Part shown: one piece after another, positions 35,101-48,065 of the stretch
Numbering within the stretch: position 1 is the first letter of the stretch
Layout of the letters: each line of letters opens with the position of its first letter
Assembly (NCBI GenBank): GCA_038496445.1
Contig: JALMLS010000074.1
Location: 1-64,000, forward strand
Length of the DNA stretch: 64,000 bases
Direction of reading: 5' to 3'
Origin: Trichosphaerium sp. ATCC 40318
Taxonomy: Eukaryota; Protista; Tubulinea
Program-made: the position numbers and the translations under genes
Notes under the pieces: generated by a model
Databases searched by the model: none
What the model saw: the letters and a program-made list of their open reading frames with translations, nothing else
Told to the model about the DNA's origin: nothing

Positions 35101-38100
35101 AAACAAGTTAGGACTTTGTTGCTTCTGTTAGAACTTTGGGATCTTCTTTGTACGTACATCAATCTCACCGTCTAAGTTCAGTTCACCCAGTAATTCATCA
35201 AGCATCTAACTAGTATTAGGAAGCTCACAAAAGACGGTTTCAGCGTACTCTTGTGTCAGCAGTTTGTGCAGATTGTGTTGTTTCCTTTCTTTTCTGTACT
35301 TTTAGATGACCTCCTTTATTTTTCTTTGATCCCTTACTACTCTTTGATGATGAAGAGGAAGAAGAAGATGAAGAAGAATCAGAGTCAGAGTGCGAATGAA
35401 ACTTAAATCTATCACTTGTACCAATACTAAAAAAATTATTAAGTTTAGGTAAAATTTAAACAAAAAGTCATCGAATGTCACTCCTAAGGAATTCCAAAAG
35501 GAAGGAATAAAAATAGCCTTAGAACACAACATAATAATATGGTGTCAGTGTACTAGAGAAATCGTTTAAAATACTAGCAACCACAAGAGGTTTCAAAGTT
35601 TTCAAAAAAAGAAAAGAAAAAGAGGAGTTGTTTGTATTGTTACCTTCCAAAACCAGTTCTGCTATCTTGCTTCTGCAAAGTTCTAAATGTTTCTCCATCG
35701 TCGTCAAGGTCATTAATGGAAAATCCTGTTCCAGCTGTTCCTTGAACTTTTGGCATATCATAAGCAGGTATTTTTGGTGGTTCTATCTCCATCTCCACGC
35801 TATGTGCAAAAGAATCTAAAAAAATCTTTTAGAAGGCAAGTGGATCAGTAAAACACGTTTCAAAAACGCTTAAACAGACGCAATGTATTTCGTCATAAAC
35901 AAGGTACGCTTATGGTACAATTAAGCAGTATGATACTTGCGAAAGTAGCGAAAAAATTTATTCGTAAGAAAAAAGTCACGTGCCGTCATCAGAATCAGGT
36001 AAATCAAACTTGGTGTAAGTTAAATCACCAGAAACAAACGCTTTGCGTTGAATATTACTTGGTGGCCTCGACGATGGCTTACTAAAAGATTTATAACGTT
36101 AGCTCTTAGTCATTAACAAATAAAAAAACCTTTGCGTTAGTCGTACTTTTTTTTATGATCTACTGTTACTGAAGCGCTTGGTGACTCAAAAGCAAAAGAA
36201 CTACCGGATAATTGTTTTCCGTGACCACGTGCAGATGAACCTTTAGATTCTCTATAATCGTAATCACCACCAATAGCACCCTTAGACTTTGATGAACCGC
36301 TGAAAGAAAAATCTGCATCAGCTTCTACTAAACCTCCACCGTAGTCTTCTTTCTTGTCCTGAAAACACTAGTAAGTCAAAGTCTAGACACGTGTTTCACT
36401 TTTAGACACTTACAACTACTGATGCTTGCGCTGAGAAGGATTTTTTAGGAGCTTCGTGGTGTTGAGCTTGAGCAGCATAGTCACCTCCATATCCCAAACT
36501 AAAAGATCCTTCTAAAAATAAACGAATGAGTCCTAAAGTAACCCACTGTTATACAGTACTTTGTGGTATAATCTTTGAATGTCTTATTTTAATTCCACTT
36601 CCCTTCGATGAAGAGTTTGATGATGAAGAACCAGAGGACGAAGACGACGAAGATGAAGACGAAGAAGAGGACGATGAAGAGCTACCACTACCTTTCTTCT
36701 TTTTATGTTTTTTTCCTCCGCTGCCTCCTGAACTCTTTGATTTCATCCCTTCAGCCTCAGTGAGTTGTAAAAGATTTTCTAACTCTTCCATGCCTAGAAT
36801 TCAATAAACACGTGAACAAAAACGAAAAAAGAAATTAGACAAAATACACCCATACCCGATAACCTCTGCTCTTTCTTTCCACTGTCTTTATTATTAATAG
36901 CTTCTAGATCAGCAACCAAAGCGTCAACATCAGCTAATACTGATGCAGTATTCCCACGTTCTTAAAATATCACGTGAGCTCAAACCTAACTCTTTTGTTG
37001 TTGTATAAAGAACGCACTTCTGTTGGTCTCCAAAAACCCTGATTCTCCTTTTTCTCCAGAAGCAGAAGCATCCATATCAAGTCCGCTCATAAACTCATCC
37101 AAATCACCCATGAATTCTGAAGTATCCTGTCTCTTATGCTTACTTCTCTTTTTCCTATTGAAAAATAAGGGAAAAAAGTTTCAGCACGTGAAAGTCACGT
37201 GCTTCGACTTTTTTTGTTTTAATGTGTACTTGTGGGATTTTTCCCTCTTATGAGACTTGTCTCGTTTGTGTGACTTTTTTTTAGAAGATACGCCAAGTTT
37301 CACGTTGAATTCTCCTGAAGCGCCTGATCTTGAATCCTATCAGGAAGAAGCTATTAGATATCACGCAAAGGTAATGAAAACTAGACTTTCGAAATCTTTC
37401 GAAGCATAAAAGTTTTTTTCCTCTGCGTACAAAGTGGTATAGAAGGCTTATGTATGCGATCATATTTTGTTCATCATCTGGGGTAAATCCGTCTTTTACA
37501 ACTTCTTTAGGTGATAATATATCTAAGAAGAAAAACGTAAGCTCGGGCCGTTAAACTAAACGAAAAGCAAGCAGCAAAACAACCATTTTTTTTAGTTCGT
37601 TGCCATAAACTTTATGTTGACTGAAACGTTGTCAAGCTGTTTTCCACTTCAGAAGCAAGCTGTTTTTTTATTTTGGCACGTGTATGTGCATGGTTGGATA
37701 GCTTTTGGGGTTTTTTTGGATAAAATTCAAAAACATTACCTGGTACGCCAAATGCGCTCTTCGCTTGGTCAAGAGCTAGTCGTACATTCTCTCTTGGAGA
37801 ACCAAGGTTATTTGTATTTATGATTCCAGGGCGCATAGCGTTTACTAGATGGCATAACGCTTTACCGTCTTGCCAGCTAAAATCATGTTATTTTAAGTAT
37901 GATTAGCGTAAAAAGAAAGAGGTCCACAAAGTTCGAAAAAAGATTCTTCTGTTGTTCATACCTTGTTGTAAAATTAGTTATACGTATACCAGTGACATAT
38001 AGTTGTGCCCATTCTATAAGCTCCCGTGGATCTGAGGCAATGATCAATCAAAATATCGATAAAATGTCTAAAACAAAAAAAGAAAAAAAGACAAAAAGAT

Positions 38101-38400
38101 AACCACGTTTTTGTTCCTTCCCACGTGTGTATTTGTTGTAAAAATAAACCAATTTTATTGCTTACCAACATCACCCAAATCTATTGTTTCGTTATTTAGC
38201 TCTAGCTTTAAACCACTGAAGTTTTCTGTTCTTCTCGTCTGGAAATTAGCGCGTTGTTGAAAACCCAAATGTTGAGAAGCTCGTGCACTATCAGATAAAT
38301 CGCTTATAGACCCTGTAGTTTCGCCAGAACCTCTATGATTACCTAGAACACGACTTCTACCGCGCTCTCGTTGATTTGTTTCTACACTCCATCCTTATGT
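32144..38400 (-). CDS. Filamin-like scaffold: single CH domain, LD motifs, Ser-rich/GSYxASF repeat region, C-terminal filamin Ig repeats; start uncertain
   Basis: CH: DPRELIEWAQLYVTGIRITNFTTSWQDGKALCHLVNAMRPG...ENVRLALDQAKSAFGVP...DEQNMIAYIS. Filamin repeats: CVGSGVHGAKLGEEAEFFI, SLTIQARNGSGQEIKRGGDQFQV...DMNNGTYVLSFTVLAPGGYQFHVTLNGQHIKGSP. Confidence 0.85.
34125..34940 (-). repeat. About 15 dispersed/tandem GSY[K/T/N/M]ASF peptide repeats
   Basis: Visible in ORFs 34482..34937 and 33775..34251, e.g. PSSQGSYKASFNQPSSQGSYKASFDQQPSSQGSYKASF. Confidence 0.9.
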
Positions 38401-38879
38401 CACGTGATTAAATCCACAAACCGCTAAAACCAAAAAAAAAAAAAACAAAACAAAACGCTGAAGGTTTTTTGGTTTGGGATTGAAAAAAACCAACAGCTTC
38501 TGTGTATATCAATGCGTTACCTGCGTCTTTTGACTAAATAGATGTTAAAAAGATCTAAAAACGTATACACAGTAGTTTGGTTATCTACGTACCATCGTGA
38601 GTACGACCGAGTTCAAAAGTTGTAAAAATAACAATAGACTGACTTGGACTTTTTGGCACGTGTTTTGCCTTACTTTGCTCTTTTCTACCCTGAAATATAG
38701 TGTAGAAAACCATGTTATACAAATTAACTAAGGTGCGTATCATTCATGTTAGACAAAATGCCACATTTGTTTGAAAATTACCCTTGTCACCCATTTTTGT
38801 TTTTCTGGCTAAAAGTCAAAGCGACAATAAAACAGTTTCATACTTCGTGCCCTATTGTTTTTATTGGTCTTGCGTTGAG

Positions 38880-38972
38880 ATGGGAAACAAACGGGTGTCA
38901 AGTTGTATTAATATTACAGATAAAGGCATAGAAACACTTAGAAAAGTAGGCGTAAAAGTACAGGTGTTGTGA
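38880..38972 (+). pseudogene. Isolated C-terminal LRR fragment
   Basis: SSCINITDKGIETLRKVGVKVQVL* resembles the terminal unit of the LRR type at 1-420; no intact upstream frame. Confidence 0.35.
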
Positions 38973-39266
38973 GTGACTGTTAGTGCACAAATGACTCAAC
39001 CCAGTTTGTCTTGCCTTTTCAAAAAAATAACAGTTTAAAGTTGACATTTCGCATAAATGAGCACACTATTCAGGTGGTAGTTAATAAGGAGTGTGTATTT
39101 GGTTTGACTTCAACGTTAAACATATATTTATGATGAACAATTGTTTGTCAAATAGGTTTATAGATAATTGTTTACGACTTCAAGTTGACTAAAGTCGAGT
39201 CATATACAGCACTGCTATTGTTAGGACACTACAACATCAAAATGCAACTCTTCATTAACGTTTTAG

Positions 39267-40416
39267 TTACAGCATAGTGCATCGCTTCTTATTACTTTCC
39301 ATTACAAATGATTCTTCTGGACGACAGGAACCCCTACAGCGTTGATTTTGTATTTCTTGAAGAGCTGCAATAAAAACGCAATCAACATTTGTTTTTGCAG
39401 ATGACTCAATGAATCTGGTGCTATAATGCTCACCTAGTTTTTCTCCTTCTTGTTTACTCACTTTTCTTTGTCTGTCCAAGTCCGATTTGTTGCCTACAAG
39501 GACTGTGTATGAATAAGACTCATAATCATCTTCAACACCCTTCATTCTAAGCAATAAAATAGTTAGTCTATTTCGAATACCAAATAGTTTGCAATGATCA
39601 CCATACAGCAGAGTACCCAACTCACAACTTAACTAAAATCGCACAGCAAGTGTCACATAACGTACTATGCATATGAGGTACATCTATAAGGTTCTTGCCG
39701 ACCCCCTTTGAGTTACAGCCAGGAACCTAATTGATGTACCTCCTCAGATACTGAAGTGGACGACGATGCCAAGTTTTCACAAGTTAGGTTATGAGTCAGC
39801 ATCCTCTGCTGTATGTAGTGATTATTCTAGGTTAGTTACTTTTCATACTTGAAAACATAATCAAAGAATGATGGTATCATATCAAATGAATGTCTATCCA
39901 CAATGCTATACATTAACACAAAAACGTCATTCCGTGCAATACTCTTGGTAAAAAATTAAGTCAAATAATGGCTAACAACCACGTGCTAAACTACTTACAT
40001 CAAATCTCATAGTTGCAAATTCATCTGGTACTGCTGTATCTAAAATGTCCAACAAGTACGGCTGGCAATCTTTATCAACATATTTACTGTACCTGGTGTG
40101 CGTGTGGGTGTGAGTACAAGTTCTTGAAACAACAATTTGTTGTTTTGGTTGATCGCTGATGCAAAACGTTTTTCATGAGTTCAAGGCCTCTGATAGCGAA
40201 GTAGATGGTTTTTAAATGTAATATATGGTAGTTTGTCGAGTAAGTAAGCAATTGTAAACGATTTTGCTTCTTCTTGCGTAAAATCGTTTAGAAAACCTAC
40301 CTATCTTCAATCGTTGGGTTATAGTCTTCTACAAATACATTTATCATAAATTGAACAACAGTTGAAGATTTTCCTACTCCCTCTGCTCCTAAGATAGCTA
40401 TTTTATACTGCTTCAT
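39267..40416 (-). CDS. Divergent Ras/Rap-family small GTPase, 4 exons
   Basis: MKQYKIAILGAEGVGKSS, YNPTIED, LLDILDTAVPDEF, VLVGNKSD, IESSAK, CaaX CTML*; all exons splice in frame. Confidence 0.9.
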
Positions 40417-41036
40417 GTTATATAGTACGATGGGTCTAAATGTGCTTGTAAAGAGAACTAGAAACTGAGTCAAGGAAAGCCAAACAAGTTTTGGTTAAGT
40501 GAATGATGTAATCAAGTTATTGTCTCACTGGAACGTCTCAGATGACGCTCAGTTGACAACAGACCAGTTTATTACCATATTGGTAGTAGCAATGCACTCA
40601 TGTGACAGTTGAACGTGTGAAATTGCTACATAGTGCATTATGAAATTAATCTACGTGGGCTGGATTAGTTAGTTTCTTTCTTATGTTGCCCTTTGGTCTT
40701 GGCCGTGCAAGTCTTTTTCATAGTTAGATGCTGTAATGTTCTCTGGGCGCTTGTGTACACATAGTGCTTTCCATTTCAAATATCTAGTAGCTGATAAGAA
40801 AAGATTAGAGATGTTCCAACTAGGACACATGATGTTGGCCCAGCTTTGTATTTAATTACCCATCCGCACCTTACACTTGAGATATCTAACGTTGTATTTG
40901 TTGGCGTTAACAAAAACTTGATGTTCTTTATTACACCAGGCCTGAGGTGCATTTTCTTTCTTTTTTCTGTTGTCACTTATTTAGAGCTGTTAAGTTATGG
41001 TGCGATGATGTTTCGTTGTCAATTTGTTATGGCAGT

Positions 41037-42767
41037 ATGGATATAAACATATCTAGCAAAAGTAAGCCCTTGTACGAATGTTTTGACGATCTCAATCTAC
41101 AAGATACAGTTATAAGGTAATAATAGTCATAAAACACATTAAACGCGTAACAAGCTACAGGGGAATATACAGCTATGGCTATGAAAAACCTACTGACATT
41201 CAACAGCAAGTAATAGTTCCCATTAGCTCTGGTACGCACAAATACCATCTACAGAGTTCTCTCACGTCCTTTATTTAATGCGCAATTCAGTTTTTCAAAA
41301 AAACATAACTGACGGTGCGAAACCACCTGTATTTGCACAAAATACACGAAAAATGGTGGATTCGCTCGCTTTTAAAACGTTTAAGCCAGTTTCAACCTTC
41401 TTTTTTCTCAACTTCCTCAAAACTCACTTCGTTTAGGCTCGGATGTCATTATAGAAAAGGAATTCTCAGGTGAATCCGTTGGTTCTTATCTAATTGGTAT
41501 TCTAAATAGTATTGATACTAAAAAAAAACACGTGCAAGCAGTCATCATATGTCCTGTTCGTGAGCATGTATACAACGTTGCTGGTTTGTTTTTGAAGTTA
41601 GCTCAGTTTACAGATGTTAAAACAGCTCGTTGTTGTGGAGGATCGTCAATACGAAAGGATTTTGAAGCACTTAAAGATACAGTCCACGTGATCTTTGGTA
41701 CACCTGGAAGGATAAACGATCTTTCGTCTAAGGTACTTTTTTTGGAAAAATGACAATTTGTTACAACTGAATGATTCTTTTAGGTATTGGACCTTTCACA
41801 GCTTAAAATATTTTGTATTGGTTCTTTGGATAGAGTATTAGATATGGGATTTGAGAGTACTGTAATAGATATTATTTCAAAGCTTCCACCTCACATACAA
41901 GTTGTCATAAGATATGATAAAATATCACTTGAAATTGAAGCTTTTTCTGAAAAGTACACACGAAATGCTGTTAAGTGTGGATCTCCACCTCATTTAGAAT
42001 TATCCCTTGAGGTACGTTTATTAGTGTTGTCATTGTTTAAACAACATTTGATGTTGCTTGTATGACTAATGTTGAGAAAGGGGATAAAGCAATTTTATGT
42101 CAAAGTTCAGAATGATAATGACAAGCTTGATATTCTGCTTGATTTATTGGAATGCTCAGTTTCTACATCGGCTCAAGTTATTATATATTTTACCTCTCAA
42201 AGGCGTCTAAACCATGTTGCTCAACAGCTTGAAAAAGAGTACCCAGTAAGTTCCTACTTTTAGCGCAAGTCTTCTTTCACATTTTTTCTAAAATTTTATA
42301 TAACAGATTTCTTGTGTTCATCACGGTATGATGGCAGACGAAAAGAAAGTGCCACTAGAGGTAAATTAAAACGCATTTTTATAAAAACCATCACTGTGCC
42401 TATTTATTGAAACAAGCTATTTTAAACTGATACGCAAAGGCTGAAAGAAAAATATCCAGAAACTTGTGCAATTTAAACTAATATTACTTTTTTACAGAAG
42501 TTCAGAAGAGGTGATACACGGTTTTTGCTTGCCACTGATTATGTATTGAGAGATGGTATGGATGTATCTATAGTATCATTGGTTATAAACTATAGTATGT
42601 CTTATGGCCTTGATACATATATAGCACGTGTTGGCAGAAGTGGTCATTATGGTAAGGTCGGTTATGTTATTAATTTTCTAGCAAGTTCCACCCTTGTTGA
42701 TGAATTAAGACAATACTATAACACTACAATAGATGAATTACCAAGCAACTTTTTTGATTTGTTGTAG
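41037..42767 (+). CDS. Divergent eIF4A-like DEAD-box protein with degenerate ATPase motifs, 7 exons
   Basis: FDDLNL...GIYSYGYEKPTDIQQ (Q motif), CPVRE, GG, GTPGR, LDMGF, LEGIKQFYV, YNTTIDELPSNFFDLL* are all eIF4A hallmarks; the frame is intact across six GT-AG introns. Confidence 0.9.
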
Positions 42768-43291
42768 TAACTTATTAAAGAACTTTTTGTATTTGTTTGC
42801 CTTGATGATTGTGCTTTGTTATTGTACTAGCTTGGTGGCAGTGTAATGTTGTTGATGGACTACAAACAAAAACTGTGCTTTCAGCGCTGTTATACCCAAA
42901 GAAACTATGTAGAACAATGCATTGTGAGCCGCAGGCGTGTGCTCCAGGAGGTATTTTTGATACAATAAAAAAGCTGGCTGAAGAGAAACAGCTTTTTTTA
43001 CCTTTCGAGACAAAGATGTCAACAAGACGTTCTTTTTAAGGTTCATGCTGCCAAAGTAAAGATTCACGTGTGAAGTAAGCTTAGCAGTGCTTTTCAACCT
43101 GCCATCACCTCGGCTTCAGTCGCACACAACCTTGCCATCTGCAACATCAACGCGTTAGGGTACAACAATCATCTATACAGTAATGCAAGCTATCGGTGTT
43201 TAGCGAATTGTTCCCGAAAAGCGACTTAAACGGGTATGAATAAAACAAGAGAATTCTGCAAGACATGATTTATTGTTTAAGTGCTTGATGT

Positions 43292-43717
43292 TTAAATAAA
43301 GTCATAGTAGATATCACAATGCTTGTAGCATACTTGACCATCTTCAATTTCAATCTTAGCAACAATATAGTCAGAGGTTGCAACCTGTCCTCCTTTGTAC
43401 TGATAGATGATGTACTTCAATGTCATTGTTTCTTCACAAAAATTCATGTCTCCAAGAATGTAAACTCCTTCGACATACGTGGACTTCATCTTATCATCTA
43501 CAGTATCTACCCACTCTTTGAGGTTCTTGTACTCATGTTTCGAAGATCCGTTGATGTAAAACGTGAATGAATGCTCCTTTGTGTAGATAAAGTGAAGAGC
43601 TTCCATTAACGCTTCAAATGTCTTCGCTCGCGAAGCCTTAAGAGTATATTCTCTTGCTGTTAGTATAACGCGTTCACGCAATGTAGTAGGTATTGGTTTG
43701 AAAGATTCTGTGGACAT
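43292..43717 (-). CDS. Intronless hypothetical protein, possibly NTF2/SnoaL-like fold
   Basis: Complete 141-aa ORF; helical N-terminus followed by alternating beta strands ending ...KIEIEDGQVCYKHCDIY. Fold is inferred. Confidence 0.6.
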   Translation of the reverse strand: MSTESFKPIPTTLRERVILTAREYTLKASRAKTFEALMEALHFIYTKEHSFTFYINGSSKHEYKNLKEWVDTVDDKMKSTYVEGVYILGDMNFCEETMTLKYIIYQYKGGQVATSDYIVAKIEIEDGQVCYKHCDIYYDFI

Positions 43718-44154
43718 GAGCTGTTGATGTGATGAACTTGAGTGGTTTTGTTGGATTGATAAGATTGTGAGAAAGAATGAATTCGTGTCAATCGGCGGGC
43801 TATTATTTTAACCGCAACTCCTTCAATTGAAGGACAAGCCCTAGGAACTATATTGGCCACGTGATTAATGATCACATTATATCGGTGTGAATGGGCGGAC
43901 AAACACGTGGAGGTTGCTTACGCAAAGGATAACAAGGCGCAATTACTTGTACAGTTTAATGAGTAATGAGAGAAAGTACCATTTACAAATCATTTTCTGA
44001 ATGTGCATTGGGCTAACTAAGATGTATACAATGCTTAGCTTCTCTTTTACAACAATTGCTTATTTTCGTACAATAATAACAGAGCAGGCGTTTGGGGGAA
44101 AGGGTTTATTCTAGAAATACAATTAAGGCCACAACAGGCAGGTACTTAAAGTTT

Positions 44155-47100
44155 TTATGATTTTGTTGTTGTCTTTTTAAGTTTTTTCTTTGGTCTTGTT
44201 TCGTTCTTTACTACAGCTGAACGCTTCTTACTATTCTTCTTAGAAGCAGAAGGCTTCTCACTAGTCTTATACTTGCTTAGCTCTTTCTTTAATTTAATAT
44301 CTTTCTTTCTATTCTTTTCACGTTCTTCCCGCTCACGTTTTTCCTTTCTCTTCTGTCTCTGTATCTTTCTAGCTTCCATTTCTGCTTCTGCATGAAGGAG
44401 TACTTCCATGTTACCTTTATCAATCACAATACCATCAAACTGAGGTGCAATATAACGACCATGTGTCCAACCAATCTGAAAAATAAAAATTAGTTTCTTT
44501 CTACCTCAAAAATCAACACAAATCTCATGCTGAATTACTTGTGTTACTTTCTACTATAGTAGATAAATATGCTTACCATGGCCATACCAAAATCTATATT
44601 ATTTTTTTCACATATTCGTTTAAGCCTCCATTGGCGACCTTACAAAAAATCAGCCAATCCAAGAAAAAACAAACAAACAAAAAGTAACGTTACCTTTGTA
44701 CTCATTCTTGACGTGTACAGCGCCAGGTGGTAAAAATTGTTGAGGTATAAACATATAAACATTACCGTGTTCGTTCTTTGGTACAATACCCTACGCTCAA
44801 AGATAAGAATCAACAGAAAAAAAAAAAAGGAAAACAAAATGGTATCTTCTTCAAAAAAAATACTCACGTCTTTAGTAGGCTTTGGCTTGAATAACTCCAT
44901 TTGCCATAAACCATAGTACTTATAATCATACTTTGCATCAGGATCAACTCCTTTCTTCTTCCTGGTCATCTTTCTCTTTATTATGTAAGCTTTCTCTCCC
45001 TTCTAAAAAGCGTACACATTAGACTTGTTTAAAGAAAAAAATGAGAAAAAAGCGAAACAAGCTAAGGACGGCCTCCAAGAATTTACCTTTGGTACACGGC
45101 CTATTTGAAGCCAGTACATCTCACTATGAAGCTTTTGCATATTTCTTCTTGGGTATATATGCCAATCCTTCTTTGTATAATCAGTAAACGTTCCAAGAGA
45201 ATCTTTTGGAAAAACATCAAAATAAGTCGAAATATGCTTCTCCAAAACAAACCTAAAGAACAACACGTTACAAACAAAATTACGTACAAATATACTAAGG
45301 ACAAAACCAATACAACAACCAAGTATCATAACAGTTTTTGTCTCAAAAAATAAAGAACAAAGACGTACTGAGGGCTTTTCTTCCAAGCTGCTTCTGTTCT
45401 TGGAAAAGGTTGTTTAATTATTTTCTGATAAATTTGCTCATCCTCTTCTTTAAGTATAGCCTAAATTTATCTTATTACTAATACGCCTCAATAAAATAAA
45501 TCTATTCTTAACGTAATAACGATCCAACATACCAAGTAGTTAAAGCATCTATCATAAGGTGTATTTATTTCTTCCAAAAACTTCTTGACAGAATCTTGAT
45601 TAATATGTCGTCTCCTGTTCACCAATGTATTAACAAAAAAGGTATAATCGATACCAAAGTACTGAATTAATCAACGTACAAACAGACTTGCTCCCAATTA
45701 TCAACATAGCGTGGTGTAATATCTTTGACTTCAAAAGGCGAAAATCCCAAAATATATCTCACAGATGTTGATGGTTGTATCATGCATATATCATCTGGGT
45801 CACCAACCTTCTTCGACCCAAAATGAACACCTAAAATAAAAAAGCCATTAATAAAGTCTAACACTCAATCAAAACTAACAATTCAAAGAAAACATGACAA
45901 GACTGACTTCAAAAGTCAAACAAAAATAAAATCACGAAAACTTGTCACGTACAATTCCATTTCCTCTGTTTTGGAATCCAAATCTCACACCAGCATTCTA
46001 ATTCTATACAATGTAAGATGAATAAAACAAAACTATTGAATAGTAAAAGAACAAAAGTAACAACAAAGCTTACCTTTAAATACAGTAGTATCAGCAACTG
46101 CCCGTTGTTGTGTTTCTAATCCAGCAGGTTCCCAAGGATCCATCACAACACAAAACCGAGTGTACAACCCTACACTACGACACAACGCAGTGAATAACTA
46201 AACACAAACATTAAAGAGAGAACATTCACTTATAATAGACACGCACAATGCAAGCAACCTTGTTTGTCACTGCGTCACATGAAATGAGATCCATAAGTTC
46301 GGAAATGTTCATTAAGGACTTATAGTCTTTAAAAGTTTCCTAATGGATAATAAATACTAACGCACGTGATTTGAAATGACAAACGTGATAATCAAATGTG
46401 TTCTTTTTATAAACACTGTGTAACGTACGGGATCATCAATGACAAGTGGTGAAAAGCCTGAGGCTTTTGCATTTGTTCTATCAATATCGTATTGTTCAAC
46501 AAACCATTTTGTAAGAGCTGTTACCTTTGCACTTATTTTAGTGTTTCTCTCGAATAACTTTGTTATTCGTTTTGGTAGTAGTGAATACATAGAACACTAT
46601 AAAAGTAGGTAAGTACACAATTAAAGCGAACAGGAACGTTCAGTGTAATTTACTGACAAAAACAGTGAACAAACGAAATTAGTTACCTGAACTAAAGAGT
46701 CATCAGCCCAACCGCTACACTTTTGACAGTATTGAATAATCATTCTCATATGAATCATATGTAAAGCACGTGAACTTTGCCAAGATACAATACGTTTTTT
46801 CCAATATTTATTGATATTTTGTCGTTTAATGTCTTTCTTTGTTTGTTGCTCACTATTATCAAAAAAAAAGTTAACATTCAAGTACTCCAAGCCAAGAACA
46901 GTGTTTAATGAAGTACTTCAAACATCAATTGAATGAAAAAAATCGCAAGCAACAAAATAAGTAAAAAAACCATAAATCACGTGACGATCACGTGTACACC
47001 GTTTGACCTTTACGTACATTTTATCGAGTGTTTTATCATCAACATCAACAGCATCTTCACCTGAGCAACGTTAGATAAAGCAGAAAAGAGACTTAACAGA

Positions 47101-47635
47101 AGATTTTTTTAAGCTAACATAACTTAACTCAGTAATCGCGCGTAAAATTTTTAAAACCCGCGTAACATTCTAGTTTACATACCTTCCCAGTCGTTCACCT
47201 CTTTCTTCTCAGTCTTAACGTCCGTATCCTCGAACAAAGAATCGCCTTCAAAAAAAGAATCATCTACAAACTCCAAGGATGTCTGAGACTTTGTTTTAGA
47301 GTAGCTCAGATGAGCTTTATGTTTACGGGCGCTTGTCTTGGAAACTTTCGTTTTAGCTTTCTTTTTGGGCGTGAAACTCACATCCTTGACATCTAAAATA
47401 GCGTTTAGGATAACTTTAAACGCAATCGATGTAATTGCTGCAGTTTTTTTTGAAGTGTGAACGAAAGAATGCCCCTACCTTCTTCCTCCTGGCGTCTGCG
47501 TTTCTTCTTTGACTTCACACGCGGTGTTACAGTATTCTTGGTCGCTTCCGCTTTAATAAGCGTTTTTGTCTTGGCTTTACGTGGTATACTTCTACGCCTA
47601 GCGCGTGGTATCTCTGGTTCTACTTCTCCACTCAT
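44155..47635 (-). CDS. XPC: XPC/Rad4 nucleotide-excision-repair damage sensor, multi-exon
   Basis: KDITPRY; PFPRTEAAWKKSP..FVLEKH (BHD1); IYPRRNMQKLHSEMYWLQIGR; YGLWQMELFKP; GIVPKNEHGNVYMF..FLPPGAVH; PQFDGIVV (BHD3); basic coiled-coil tail. Confidence 0.9.
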
Positions 47636-48065
47636 TTGTCCGATCGCGGGGATTTAAAAAAGCGAAGTGACAAAAAGTTTGAATTAAATCTATTGACCAT
47701 CTGCGATGAGATGACTTGTTTGAGCTAGTTTAGTTGTACAGCGTACGGCTTCATATAGTAGTGGTAAATGCATGCATAAATACGGTTTAAAACTACAGTA
47801 GACGAAAAGTTTACAACTTTCAAAAAAAACAATTGTGAAACAACTACAGCGCAGCTGTCGCGGCTGTTGTTATGCAGAACATCGATTCAAAACGTTGACA
47901 CGTTGGTCAAGATTTGGCGCTATCTCGAACAAAATCAATGCTTTAAGCTTGCTCGCTCGTTATCTTAAACGCGCATACACCTTACTTTTAATCCACGTGT
48001 AGCGTCTAAGTTCATTTTTTTGCGTGGAGGAAATGATAGACTATTTCAAAAAAAAAACTTGTTTT

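Noticed and set aside
36526-36807. Acidic poly-D/E ORF on the plus strand
   Set aside because: Antisense shadow of the poly-Ser exon of the filamin-like gene.
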